NCBI GenBank assembly: GCA_035577545.1 | Contig: DATLVI010000013.1 | Coordinates: 67,778 to 131,777 of the forward strand | Reading direction: 5' to 3' | Source of the DNA: Verrucomicrobiia bacterium | GTDB lineage: Bacteria; Verrucomicrobiota; Verrucomicrobiia; Palsa-1439 | Length of the DNA stretch: 64,000 bases | Shown: in pieces, positions 1-9,453 of the stretch | Numbering within the stretch: the first letter of the stretch is position 1 | Layout of the letters: every line of letters begins with the position of its first letter | The notes under the pieces: model-generated | The model's input: the letters and a program-made list of their open reading frames with translations, nothing else | What the model was told of the DNA's origin: nothing | The model's database searches: none | Position numbers and translations under genes: made by a program

Positions 1-2920
1 CCGTGCGGTCCCCGCGCACAACAACCGTGTAGTTGGAACTGGTGATCGTTTCGTTGCTGCCGGGGAACAGGATTTCACCCTGGGGTGTCGCCGTGTCGTA
101 GTAGAATGTCTGGACGTTGAGGTTGTAGATCGACGCTCGCCCGGTCCGCTGCAGGAATGTCTTGGTGCGCAGGACGTGGAAACCCTGATCAAGCCCCGTT
201 TGTGTGACACCATAGTCATCGTGCGGATAGAAGAAGACGGTTTGCGCATTGAAATTCGTGATCTGATAGATCGATTCCATCCGCTTCTTCAGCGTGATAT
301 CTGACGCGCTGAAGGGGAACCAAGGGCCCGCATCCGTGCGATACACACCGACCTTGTATCGAATTACCGTGCCCGATGGCATCGCCGGCAACGTGGTCTT
401 CCACCACACCGGGGTGCCCGCGCCATCGGCGGGCCCGTTGCTATCAAAGGCCAGCGTCGCGACCTGTGTTGTACCCTTGCCAACGCCGGCGCTGCCCTCG
501 GGATAGGGCATTCCATTGGTCGTGGAGCTTATCGTGTAATAGAGAACCGCATGCTGCGGTTGGTTGGTGTAGCCGATCTTCACCCAAACGGTAATCGGTT
601 GGTTGGCGGCGCTCTGTGGGGCAGGGAAAAACTGGAGCGTCGGTGACCCTAATTGATTGTTGGCCGCGGGATCATGGTAGACCCAGGTGACCGTGCCCAC
701 GGAGGTATTCGGGCCGCTCCCGTTATTGACGATGAATCCGTTGGTGCCAATCGTTGCCTGATACGTTTCGCAACCGGGCGAACCAATAATGTTGCGTGAT
801 ATGTCGCGGGCGGCGAACTTCTCGGCGACACGCTGCACAAAACCCATCTGTTCATAACCGAGAAACACGTCGGTAGCCACGGCTGGCGCGTTGTCCCGCT
901 TCCCACCGGTTTGCGGGCCGAGGCCCATTTGCGAATTGATGTCGATGCCGCCATCGAGTTTCATCAGGATGTTCGCGCAGGAACCGTCCGTGTGTGCGAT
1001 GAACGTGAGGTTCGACGGGTTGGTAACGAGCGGCACGGTCATCGTGTACTGGTAATCGTTGGTGGGTTGGTTGGGGATACCGTACGGGTTGAAGTTCGGA
1101 TCGCCGTTTCGGCCGTCCTTGCGCGGGTAACTCACCGTGCCAACCTGTTGCCCGTTCTGCAGGATGGTGATCGGCGTCACCTGGCCGAACATCCCGTCAT
1201 CCCACACCGCCGGCATTTCGGGGTTGCGCCACGAGAACGCCCAGTAACCGCCGGCGGGAGCGATAATCAGGTTGTTGCTGTCGTCGCGCAAGATGCCGTT
1301 GGTTGCGACGGTGGCCCCAAATCCTTGGGCATTGTTGAAAGTCGAATAGTTTACAAGCCGCGCGCCCACGGGGAACGTCGTCGTGTAACTGCGCGAGGCG
1401 CCGCCCGACCCGTTCTGGGCCATCATGAAAAGCAGTACGGTGCCGTCCGCGTCGGACATGCCGGTATTCTCGCGTTTATCGCGGCGCTCGTAGGCACAGT
1501 ACGTTTGGTCGCTCCATTTGCCTATCTGGTCGCCACGAGCAAACAGTTGATTGATGTACAGCAGATTGGGCAGATGTTTATCACCGAATTGCCCAAGGAA
1601 CGCGTTGTTGCCAATCGCCGGGAAGTACTTCCCATTCGACTGAATGGTCTGTTCTTCGTTATAGCCGTCCGTGTAAACACTCGGCAGGCCAGCGCGGGTC
1701 AGCAACGTCGCGTGCGCCGAGGTACGGTCGAAAAGGGAGATATCATTGTAGTCGTGTGTCCCGACGTGAATGAGGCTGGTGCCCACGCCGCCGAACGAGT
1801 ACGCACCGGGCTGGTCGAGACCCCAGAGTCCGTTGCACCCGCCGCAGACGGACTGGAACATCTGGCTGTAAAATTCGTTGTCGTCAACGCGCATCCCGGC
1901 ATCGACATATCCCTGCTGACACGTAAACGTGCAGGGATTTGGCTGGCCAAGGTCTTCGCCGAAAATCATAGCGTCGTCGCGCGGCGTCTCTGTGTTAAAC
2001 AACGAGTCCCGGTGGTTGCTCCAATCGCTGTAGCCATGCGTGATATTGAATTGTTCCTGGATGCCGCCGCAGTAACCGTTATTCAGAACGTCCTTGTTGG
2101 TGGCGTATTGTTCGCCAAAGAAATAACTCGGCACGCCTTTCACATCGTCGAGACGAAACCCGTCACATTTGGATTGGTCCAGGAACCACCGCGCGGCGCG
2201 GATGAGCATCGCATTAACATCTTCGGAGACGGGCTGCCCCGCGCCGGTGAACGGATGGACGGGCTGGCCGATGCCATTGACGGCGGCGGTGATGTTCGTA
2301 TCGGGATAGAATTCCGGATGGGTAGGCTGGCGGATGCCGTGAAACTTGGGATACGTGTCGCCTTCCTGGGGGCCAAAGCTGGTATTCGGGTCTTCCTGGG
2401 CGATATCGAGTCCAAAATCACTGCGATTCAATACCTGCCACTCGTTGCCATTGTAATCGATGGAATTTGGCGGCGTAGCATAGGTGCCATTGGTTTGCTG
2501 GATCAGATGGAAGTCTTCCGGCACGAAGTAGGGTTGCGTGGTGGACAGCGTACTGACCGGAGTGTCAGGAAGCGGCCCCCCATTGTGGGCCATGACGTTG
2601 TCGAAATAGACGCGGATGCCGAAACGGTGCGCTGTGAGCACCAGATTGAGCACATCATCTGACGTGCCGTAGCGAGTGACAACGTTTCCGCTGCCATAAT
2701 TGAATCGGTCGAAGATGTCATAGCCGACAGAGTTCTGGCTGCCCGCTTGGAAGGGTGGCGGCAGCCACAGCGCTGTGTACCCAGCCTCCGCCAGTTCCGG
2801 CATGCGCGTGGCGATCTCGTTCCAGCTGGTGTTGAAGTACTGGAGAATGACCTCCGCGCGGGTGTGGGCCGTCCACATCAGGCCAAAGAGAAGCACGATT
2901 GTGATTTTCTTTCGATTCAT
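1..2920 (-). CDS. Glycoside hydrolase family 13 (alpha-amylase-like) secreted protein, partial; C-terminus lies beyond window start
   Basis: Minus-strand ATG at ~2920. Translation starts MNRKKITIVLLFGLMWTAHTRA (signal peptide), then GH13-like conserved regions (DNVMAHNG, GFRLDDVKG, FGEDLGQ, VGTHDYND). The frame stays open down to position 1, which I checked by hand for the first 60 nt. The long + ORF 911..2662 is its antisense shadow. Confidence 0.55.
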   Translation of the reverse strand, partial: MNRKKITIVLLFGLMWTAHTRAEVILQYFNTSWNEIATRMPELAEAGYTALWLPPPFQAGSQNSVGYDIFDRFNYGSGNVVTRYGTSDDVLNLVLTAHRFGIRVYFDNVMAHNGGPLPDTPVSTLSTTQPYFVPEDFHLIQQTNGTYATPPNSIDYNGNEWQVLNRSDFGLDIAQEDPNTSFGPQEGDTYPKFHGIRQPTHPEFYPDTNITAAVNGIGQPVHPFTGAGQPVSEDVNAMLIRAARWFLDQSKCDGFRLDDVKGVPSYFFGEQYATNKDVLNNGYCGGIQEQFNITHGYSDWSNHRDSLFNTETPRDDAMIFGEDLGQPNPCTFTCQQGYVDAGMRVDDNEFYSQMFQSVCGGCNGLWGLDQPGAYSFGGVGTSLIHVGTHDYNDISLFDRTSAHATLLTRAGLPSVYTDGYNEEQTIQSNGKYFPAIGNNAFLGQFGDKHLPNLLYINQLFARGDQIGKWSDQTYCAYERRDKRENTGMSDADGTVLLFMMAQNGSGGASRSYTTTFPVGARLVNYSTFNNAQGFGATVATNGILRDDSNNLIIAPAGGYWAFSWRNPEMPAVWDDGMFGQVTPITILQNGQQVGTVSYPRKDGRNGDPNFNPYGIPNQPTNDYQYTMTVPLVTNPSNLTFIAHTDGSCANILMKLDGGIDINSQMGLGPQTGGKRDNAPAVATDVFLGYEQMGFVQRVAEKFAARDISRNIIGSPGCETYQATIGTNGFIVNNGSGPNTSVGTVTWVYHDPAANNQLGSPTLQFFPAPQSAANQPITVWVKIGYTNQPQHAVLYYTISSTTNGMPYPEGSAGVGKGTTQVATLAFDSNGPADGAGTPVWWKTTLPAMPSGTVIRYKVGVYRTDAGPWFPFSASDITLKKRMESIYQITNFNAQTVFFYPHDDYGVTQTGLDQGFHVLRTKTFLQRTGRASIYNLNVQTFYYDTATPQGEILFPGSNETITSSNYTVVVRGDRT

Positions 2921-2927
2921 GCTCGGA

Positions 2928-5900
2928 TTAATAGCTGGCGTGGATCTTATAAAAGCGCTGAATCCCGTTCGTTGCCGACGTGTCCGTGAAGGACAGCGAC
3001 GTCTGGCCGCTGGCGGTGGTGACCTGTGCATTTGGCAAATTACTCCACGTACCAGAGGGCGAGTCGCTGTACATCACTTGATACGATTTCCCGGGGACGG
3101 CCACCCACGCGATCGTGAGCCCGCCGCCGGATGGTTGAGCGTTCTGGACGCGAAATCCAATGTTCGGGTCGAGATTATCCAGGACGCCGTCGCCGGTGCT
3201 GTCGCGAATGGAAGCGACGGGAACGGCCAGGAATTCGTTGGATTCGATATTGCCGTTTCCATTACCGGATGGGGCTTGCGCCGCGAGCGCGCCGCCGTTG
3301 GTCGTGGTATAGGCGGCCGCGCACAAGTAGAGCGTCGACGGCATCGAGCCGAACGCCTGGACTAGATCGATCGTCCCCTGCATTTGGCCGGCGCTTGTCG
3401 ACGCTTTGACCGCTTGGTTCGATATGGACACGGATGACCCGGTGATCGTTTGCCAACCGACGAAAGTGCCCTGGCTTTCCCCGGCCAGCATGACCTTGGT
3501 TGATGGAATGGCAATGAGTCCCGCTTTCGCCCACTGCGCGGCAGTCGTGGGTGAACCCAGGATTTGATCGGATACCAAAACGAAATGATCGTTGTTGCTG
3601 TTGCTGCCGGAAGAATTCCCCGGTGACCACGTCGCGACATACAAAACCGTGCCACGGATGGCGGCATAGAGGGTCATACCCGGCGCAGTCAGCAAGTATC
3701 CAGGATAATTGCTCGCGCTACCGTTCAGGACAAAGGCCGGTAGGGGCCCGGCCAACGTCGTCGCGCAACTGGAAGATGAAAAAGTTGATCCACCCGCGCT
3801 GTTGGTCGCGGCGATCGTGTAGCAGTAGGTTGTGTTCGGCGCCAGACCGCTGCTCACGTAGGAGGTTCCCGAAACAGTCGCAATTGGATTGCCTCCCCGG
3901 GCAACGATGTAGGACGTAGCACCCGCCGATGAGGACCAAGCCACGCTGATCTGGTTCGTGGCCAGGGCAGTGGTCGTTACGTTGATTGGGGTAGGCGGCG
4001 GGTTGGGCAGCGAATTGGTGGAGGTTGTTGCGCACACGGGAAAACTTTGCGCCGAGAGGCCCGCTGAATTCGAGGACGCGACGGTGTAGCAGTACAGCGT
4101 GTTTGCCGACAGTCCGAGATCGTTGAACGCGGTGATGACTGTTGTTCCGATCTGCGTGCCGCTCCGGTACACCACATAACCGACGGTGTTGGAGGTCGCT
4201 GGCCAGGTGAGATCGATTTCAGACGAACTGACAGCGGTCGCCGTAACATTCGTTGGCGTGGGAGGAGGCGGTGGTGGCGGACCGCTCGTGACCGTGAACT
4301 TATAATCCTGGCCACCGTTGTTGTCCCAGGTACCGGCCCCATTATTGGCATCGCAATCGAGTTGGGTCGCGGTGCTCGGAACGGTCGTGGTGTAAACCCA
4401 ATTGTTGGAGGCAGCATTAAATGTCAAAGCCGCATCCGGCGAGACCACTGTGGCCCAGTTGTTCCAGCCGAGATGGATGTAAACCTGGCTCGCGCTGGCA
4501 ATCGGCCCGCCAACGGCACTGTAGGTGATCGTGACCGGGCTGCCCGCCACGGGAGTTGTCGGCGAAACGCAGAAACGGCCGATACAGCCGGATCCGCCTC
4601 CGCCACCGCCGCCCGCACTATTCGTTGGCGTCGGGGAAACGTAGACGTGTTGAATCGGCGAGTTGTACGAGTTCCCCTGGCTGTCCGTCGCACTCACGTA
4701 GTAATCGACGTACGTGTCGGCCAACCCGGTGACCTTGGCGTAATAGTAGTCGGCGATGTATTTCGGCGGCAAAAGGGTATTCTGCGGCGCCACCGAACGC
4801 ATCGTCATGGGAAGCGGGACCCACGCGGCTGTGTCCGCACCGCCCGCGTACGTCTTGAACTCGTCCTGCACTGGCGGACTGTTGCTGCCATTCGAGCGGT
4901 AGAGCAGCGTCACATTGGTGATTCCCGAGACGTCATAGGCGTACGTCCAGACCCAAAAATCCGTGTTGGTCGGAGTAAATTGCTTGTAGGAATACTGGAC
5001 CCCAAAATTGACCGTGCCGGGGTTCCAAGGATGCCGCTGGGGGATGAAAACTGTCGGCGGCGTTGTGTCCAGTGCCGGGTTCGCCGCAAGGATGGAATCG
5101 ACGTTTCGGCAGGCGTTCGACTGGGCGATCACCGGTCGCCAGCATTCGTCCGCGTGGCAGCCGTAGTACACGAACCCGCTATCGAGCCCGCCGAGATAGT
5201 AGTGCCAGCCAAGTTCCACGGCTGCGGGCGTCTGGCCGAAACTACCCGGATCGCGAATTTGATCGATACGATTGGTGTAACCCGTGAGCGCGTTCTGGAT
5301 CTGTTGCGCCGTCTTCACGCGGTTTTCAGTTGCGGTGTGGACGCGCCAGACATCCGCCTTGTCGCTGACACCAATGCTGGGGTCAACGACGTTGATGCTG
5401 TTCGCCGTATAACTGGGCGGCCAGTGCCAGTTGATCATGATCGGTGAACCAAAATCACTGTCGGCAAACTCCCACCCGCCATCCTCAACGTGAACAACGT
5501 CGGTCGCGCTTGGTGGGAACTCCGAGAGGAATTGTTCGACCGTGGTGGGCTCGTACCCATCCGCTGCTGCCTGATTGGCGTATTGGGGAACCCACTCATT
5601 GTAATACGAGTAGCCGCCGCTCCAGGCGTTGTCGCCGTCATGAGAGAAGAGGAAGAAGCAGGGTTGGCTGGGATTGTTGCGGGCCGCAATGGGGCTGATA
5701 AGACCCACGTCCCACGTGCTGTAACTGTCCTTCCAGCTGAGCGCCTGGTCGGCCGGGATGACCATGATGGTCGAGGCCGCGCCGGTGTTGGGGTCTACGT
5801 AGCGCGCATAATGCACCTGGTACGCAAACGGCATCGCCGCCGCCGGCGAGACGCCGCGGTCAATCGAGAGGCGTTGGTAGTTACTACCGCCCGCGGCCGG

Positions 5901-6671
5901 GTTCAGTTGGTCCGCTTTGTTGGGAACATCGCAATTCTCGCCGCCGGAACCGGCCACGTATGGAAAATCGGCGCAGGAACGCGAGAGATGGCTGTTGGCA
6001 ACCACGCTCCAGGCGATGCCCAGCTTGTTCAGCACCGGAATGATGCGTTCGCTGAAGCATGTTTCCGCGGGGAAGAATCCCCGTGAAACCTGACTGTTGG
6101 GCGAGTTCCAGATAATCTGCTGATGGCGTTGATGGATTCGGATATCCATCTCCAGCGTTTCGTCGCTCACGAACGGCGCGATGCAATGGTGGTAGGTGAA
6201 GTTGGTCAGATCCAAGCGGGTCTTGCCCCCCGTGGTCGTCGAGGTACGCGCGGTCGAGTTGTACGAGTTCCAGTTCGACGCGTACCACATGTTGTGCGCC
6301 GCCAGGCTCTGCACGTTTTCCATCAACGCGCCCGAGTAATTCACCTGAACTCCCGCTTTCCCGAGATTGCTGATATCGCCAATCGTGACACCGGGCTGTT
6401 CCTGATACGCATGGAGCCGATCTGAAAGACTGAATACGCCCGTCAAGTCGGTGTCGCTGGGGTGTCCATTGCCAAACTGCAAGGTGTCATAGGCGTTTTG
6501 GTAATGGTCGGTTGAGTGGTCGCCGGGTGACTGGTCGGGCCAGTAGATTGGCTGATGCAGATGCCACAGCCAGCTGGTGTGAACGCTGGTATTTGCCGAA
6601 GCCAACAGGCAGGTGAGTTGTAAGGCGACACCGAACCAGATTAGGGCGCGACACTTTAAGATCTTCATCAA
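2928..6671 (-). CDS. Secreted multi-domain alpha-glucan-active glycoside hydrolase: GH57/GH119-like N-terminal catalytic region, CBM-like beta-sandwich, poly-Gly and poly-Pro linkers, two fibronectin type III domains, conserved ~70-aa C-terminal domain
   Basis: 1247-aa ORF with an N-terminal signal peptide. Motifs recall GH57 regions: LWHLHQP (HQP region I) and FSHDGDNAWSGG (region IV-like). GGGGGGGSG and PPPPPPP linkers are followed by two FN3-like modules (TATAVSSSEIDLTWPAT.. and TTTALATNQISVAWSSS..). The C-terminus ends ..GIQRFYKIHASY and is related to the C-termini of the proteins at 28264..28887 and 37995..39710. Confidence 0.6.
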   Translation of the reverse strand: MMKILKCRALIWFGVALQLTCLLASANTSVHTSWLWHLHQPIYWPDQSPGDHSTDHYQNAYDTLQFGNGHPSDTDLTGVFSLSDRLHAYQEQPGVTIGDISNLGKAGVQVNYSGALMENVQSLAAHNMWYASNWNSYNSTARTSTTTGGKTRLDLTNFTYHHCIAPFVSDETLEMDIRIHQRHQQIIWNSPNSQVSRGFFPAETCFSERIIPVLNKLGIAWSVVANSHLSRSCADFPYVAGSGGENCDVPNKADQLNPAAGGSNYQRLSIDRGVSPAAAMPFAYQVHYARYVDPNTGAASTIMVIPADQALSWKDSYSTWDVGLISPIAARNNPSQPCFFLFSHDGDNAWSGGYSYYNEWVPQYANQAAADGYEPTTVEQFLSEFPPSATDVVHVEDGGWEFADSDFGSPIMINWHWPPSYTANSINVVDPSIGVSDKADVWRVHTATENRVKTAQQIQNALTGYTNRIDQIRDPGSFGQTPAAVELGWHYYLGGLDSGFVYYGCHADECWRPVIAQSNACRNVDSILAANPALDTTPPTVFIPQRHPWNPGTVNFGVQYSYKQFTPTNTDFWVWTYAYDVSGITNVTLLYRSNGSNSPPVQDEFKTYAGGADTAAWVPLPMTMRSVAPQNTLLPPKYIADYYYAKVTGLADTYVDYYVSATDSQGNSYNSPIQHVYVSPTPTNSAGGGGGGGSGCIGRFCVSPTTPVAGSPVTITYSAVGGPIASASQVYIHLGWNNWATVVSPDAALTFNAASNNWVYTTTVPSTATQLDCDANNGAGTWDNNGGQDYKFTVTSGPPPPPPPTPTNVTATAVSSSEIDLTWPATSNTVGYVVYRSGTQIGTTVITAFNDLGLSANTLYCYTVASSNSAGLSAQSFPVCATTSTNSLPNPPPTPINVTTTALATNQISVAWSSSAGATSYIVARGGNPIATVSGTSYVSSGLAPNTTYCYTIAATNSAGGSTFSSSSCATTLAGPLPAFVLNGSASNYPGYLLTAPGMTLYAAIRGTVLYVATWSPGNSSGSNSNNDHFVLVSDQILGSPTTAAQWAKAGLIAIPSTKVMLAGESQGTFVGWQTITGSSVSISNQAVKASTSAGQMQGTIDLVQAFGSMPSTLYLCAAAYTTTNGGALAAQAPSGNGNGNIESNEFLAVPVASIRDSTGDGVLDNLDPNIGFRVQNAQPSGGGLTIAWVAVPGKSYQVMYSDSPSGTWSNLPNAQVTTASGQTSLSFTDTSATNGIQRFYKIHASY

Positions 6672-6829
6672 TATCCCGTCGTGAGGTTCAGGCCGCAGAA
6701 AACCGCTTTACTAGGAGTAATTAATACATTTTTGACGTCCAAATTGCAAGCTGAATCGCCGAAGACGGTCTTAACACCTATTGCCAGCGCCATTGCTGAT
6801 ACTGGGTTCGTTTGATAGGTTGACCTACA

Positions 6830-7504
6830 ATGATATTTCGAAAGCACGCCCCTAGTTTTTGGAGTTTGGCATTCGTCTGCCTCACCGCATTCACGGCCAG
6901 CGCGCAAACGAATTCCACCCCCAAGCCGATCATCACGGAAGACACCAAATTCGCCGCGCTTGCCACAAAATTGCAGACAAAAAGCGTGGATTTCGATCAC
7001 ATCTTTCAGGATCTCTGCCAGATGGTCATTACCAATGTTAATGCCAACGCCAAGACACGATTGGATGATCAGGTCCGAGCGATGTTTGGCGGACTATGGT
7101 TGTGGTGCCGCAACGGCGGCACGCCGGAATTCCAAGGACAGAACGACAAAGCCATGCACTTTATCGGTGGCGGCGCGTTCGAAGGTTACTTTGACGTCGG
7201 TCGCTCGGCGGCAATCATCAAAGAAGAAGTTGATCGCCAGGACCCCAATAACTATTTCGACCTCGACGATATGGCGGCCACGATGATGGGGGCGCGCTGG
7301 GTGGATATCGCCACAACCGAGAATGCCAAGCAGGCGCGGGCGTGGGTCGAGCTTTGGGCTTCGGGCAAGAGCACGCTGTCGCGCTCATTGCCCAAACTGC
7401 GTTGGGGACACATCGAACCTGGCAAGGACGCACCGCCGGAAAAGGTGAAGGCGGTGCTAGAGGCCGTCACGAAGGCGATTGTGCCGCCGGAAGTTCCGCA
7501 ATAG
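6830..7504 (+). CDS. Secreted hypothetical protein (signal peptide)
   Basis: 224-aa ORF with N-terminal hydrophobic signal (SFWSLAFVCLTAFTASAQT). Divergent from the GH gene. No recognisable catalytic motif. Confidence 0.45.
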   Translation: MIFRKHAPSFWSLAFVCLTAFTASAQTNSTPKPIITEDTKFAALATKLQTKSVDFDHIFQDLCQMVITNVNANAKTRLDDQVRAMFGGLWLWCRNGGTPEFQGQNDKAMHFIGGGAFEGYFDVGRSAAIIKEEVDRQDPNNYFDLDDMAATMMGARWVDIATTENAKQARAWVELWASGKSTLSRSLPKLRWGHIEPGKDAPPEKVKAVLEAVTKAIVPPEVPQ

Positions 7505-8684
7505 CGGTCAGCAGCGCCGCCAATTTCTCAGCTGCCGATGAGGATTCGCGCACGGCCGCGCCGGTCTTCGCCGTCCGCCCCTGCGTGATCAACTTGCCAA
7601 GAGCATTTGCCAACGCTCTGGAATTGGCGCAATCCACGACTTCTCCCTCGGCGCCGTAATGGTGGTGCGAGATCACCCGACATTCCGCTCCCAACGCCTC
7701 CGCAATTGTCAGCCCGTAACTTTCATGCTTGGAAGGTGAAACAAAGATGTCCGCGCGTTGTAGCAGCGCCGCCTTCTGCGCACCGGTCACGTGCCCGGTA
7801 AACTCCACGCGCGCGGTCGTGACCCGCGCCGCGAGCCGTCGCAGCTTCTGTTCATACGCGCGCCCTTTCATGTATGCCGGCCCGCCACAGATGAACACCC
7901 GCGCCTTCTTGTCCGTGGAACCGAGATAGGGCAGGGCGGCCAGCAAACGCTCGATTCCTTTCTCCGGTGACAATCGACTGAGCGTGATGATGACGATCTC
8001 GTCGTCCGAAACATCGAGTTGGTAGGGCGCGACCGCCGGGCGCGCCGAATCCTGCGCCGCAATATTCCCCCATGGCAACACCGCAATCTTCTCCGGCGCG
8101 CACCACGGGTAACACCGCAAGATCACATCTCGCATCGGCGCCGAGGGCACGACGATCCGTGCGCTGTACCGCACGCACTGATACTGCTTCTCAAACACCA
8201 ACTTCAACACGTCCGGCATAACGCCAAACCAACGAAACCGCGCCGCCGTTTCCGGTCGGATCAACCCCCGCAAATAGAACCGCGTGAAGTATTCAACCAC
8301 ATCCACATGAAAGATCGTCACGAGGCGATACCCGTGCTCGCCCAGCACCGTGAAGTCCGGCCCTTCGCTAATGTCATTGCAAAGGACCACGCATTGCTGC
8401 GGGTCACGCTTTAGGATCTCGCTCGTCGTCGCCCGCTCGAACTCCCGACAGAACCGCGCATATTGGAATTCGCTCATCTCCGCGAGACGGTAGGGCGCGA
8501 CCGCCGGGCGCGCTGCTTCCCGGTGACCGAGGCCCACCGACTTCGGACTCAGCACCGCAAGCGGAAACGAACTCAGTTTGTGCCACTCACGAATCAAATA
8601 ATCCGCAACCGCTTTCCCACCACCGAGCGGTTCCGAATCTGGAAATTGCGCATGGGCGGCGGAGTAGAGAATCTCAACATTCAC
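7467..8684 (-). CDS. Glycosyltransferase family 4 (GT-B fold)
   Basis: 405-aa ORF. C-terminal GT4 signature: ITLSRLSPEKGIERLL ... FVSPSKHESYGLTIAEALGAG-like EX7E region. Contains a perfect 25-nt internal direct repeat (8021..8045 and 8488..8512). Confidence 0.7.
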   Translation of the reverse strand: MNVEILYSAAHAQFPDSEPLGGGKAVADYLIREWHKLSSFPLAVLSPKSVGLGHREAARPAVAPYRLAEMSEFQYARFCREFERATTSEILKRDPQQCVVLCNDISEGPDFTVLGEHGYRLVTIFHVDVVEYFTRFYLRGLIRPETAARFRWFGVMPDVLKLVFEKQYQCVRYSARIVVPSAPMRDVILRCYPWCAPEKIAVLPWGNIAAQDSARPAVAPYQLDVSDDEIVIITLSRLSPEKGIERLLAALPYLGSTDKKARVFICGGPAYMKGRAYEQKLRRLAARVTTARVEFTGHVTGAQKAALLQRADIFVSPSKHESYGLTIAEALGAECRVISHHHYGAEGEVVDCANSRALANALGKLITQGRTAKTGAAVRESSSAAEKLAALLTAIAELPAAQSPS

Positions 8685-8823
8685 AAAGAATGTTTTCTCC
8701 GGTCATTCCGAGCTTGTCGAGGAATCTCTGCCTTTTTCTCGGAACGGAACGACAGAGACCCTTCGACAAGTCCCGCACGGGCGGGATCCCGAGAACGGGA
8801 CTCAGGGTGACACGTTCGGACGT

Positions 8824-9366
8824 TTGACCTTGTTGCAGCGCAGACCACACGCTAGCATGTTCACCATCATGAGCGCCGAGCACGATAAGTCGCACCGAGG
8901 GAACGCCAGTCAGTTCTTCGTTGCCGGAGAGCTTTGTCGTCGTGGCTATGCTGCCGTGGTTACGATGGGGAACACGCCAAATACCGACGTCTTGTGTAGC
9001 AATCGCGCGGGGACAAAATTCGTCCACATCCAGGTCAAGACATTCGTTCCCGGCTCTATGACGTGCAGCGTCGGCCGCAAGGCCGAGCGAGATTTTGGCC
9101 CACACTTTTTTTGGATTCTCGGAGGTATTCCATTGCCCAGTTCCAGCGGGGCTTTTGAGTATTTCATCATTCCGGCGTCAGATATGGCGCGCAATGTTAG
9201 TGAGTTTCACGCACGATGGCTCAGCGGTGTCGGAAAAAACGGTCAGGTGCGCCGAGACAGTGCGGTGCGCGCCGTTGGCGTCGGATCGAAGCGTTATGCC
9301 TACTTTTGGAATGTCGCATCATATCATGATAGATGGGATTTCATTTCACAACAGCTTGATAGCTAA
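8824..9366 (+). CDS. Hypothetical protein with a possible PD-(D/E)XK nuclease-like core, in a lower-GC patch
   Basis: 180-aa ORF; the start may be at an internal Met (MFTIM..). The pattern GELCRRGYAAVV..NTDVLCSN..KFVHIQVKT fits a D..(E/Q)xK restriction-endonuclease-fold core. Local GC is visibly lower than the surrounding genes. Confidence 0.3.
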   Translation: MTLLQRRPHASMFTIMSAEHDKSHRGNASQFFVAGELCRRGYAAVVTMGNTPNTDVLCSNRAGTKFVHIQVKTFVPGSMTCSVGRKAERDFGPHFFWILGGIPLPSSSGAFEYFIIPASDMARNVSEFHARWLSGVGKNGQVRRDSAVRAVGVGSKRYAYFWNVASYHDRWDFISQQLDS

Positions 9367-9453
9367 CAAATCGGTGCAGGCGACGCGGGATAGCGCTCTC
9401 AGTTCCGCTTCACGGTTCAGGCTGGTTGGTCCCGCGTGCCTGAACTCTGGACG

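Noticed and set aside
911-2662. 583-aa + strand ORF
   Set aside because: Val/Arg/Gly-rich low-complexity translation. It lies exactly antisense to the GH13 gene, whose minus-strand translation shows real amylase motifs. It is a high-GC shadow ORF.
4362-5447. 361-aa + strand ORF inside the giant hydrolase gene
   Set aside because: Arg/Val-rich antisense shadow of the 2928..6671 gene.
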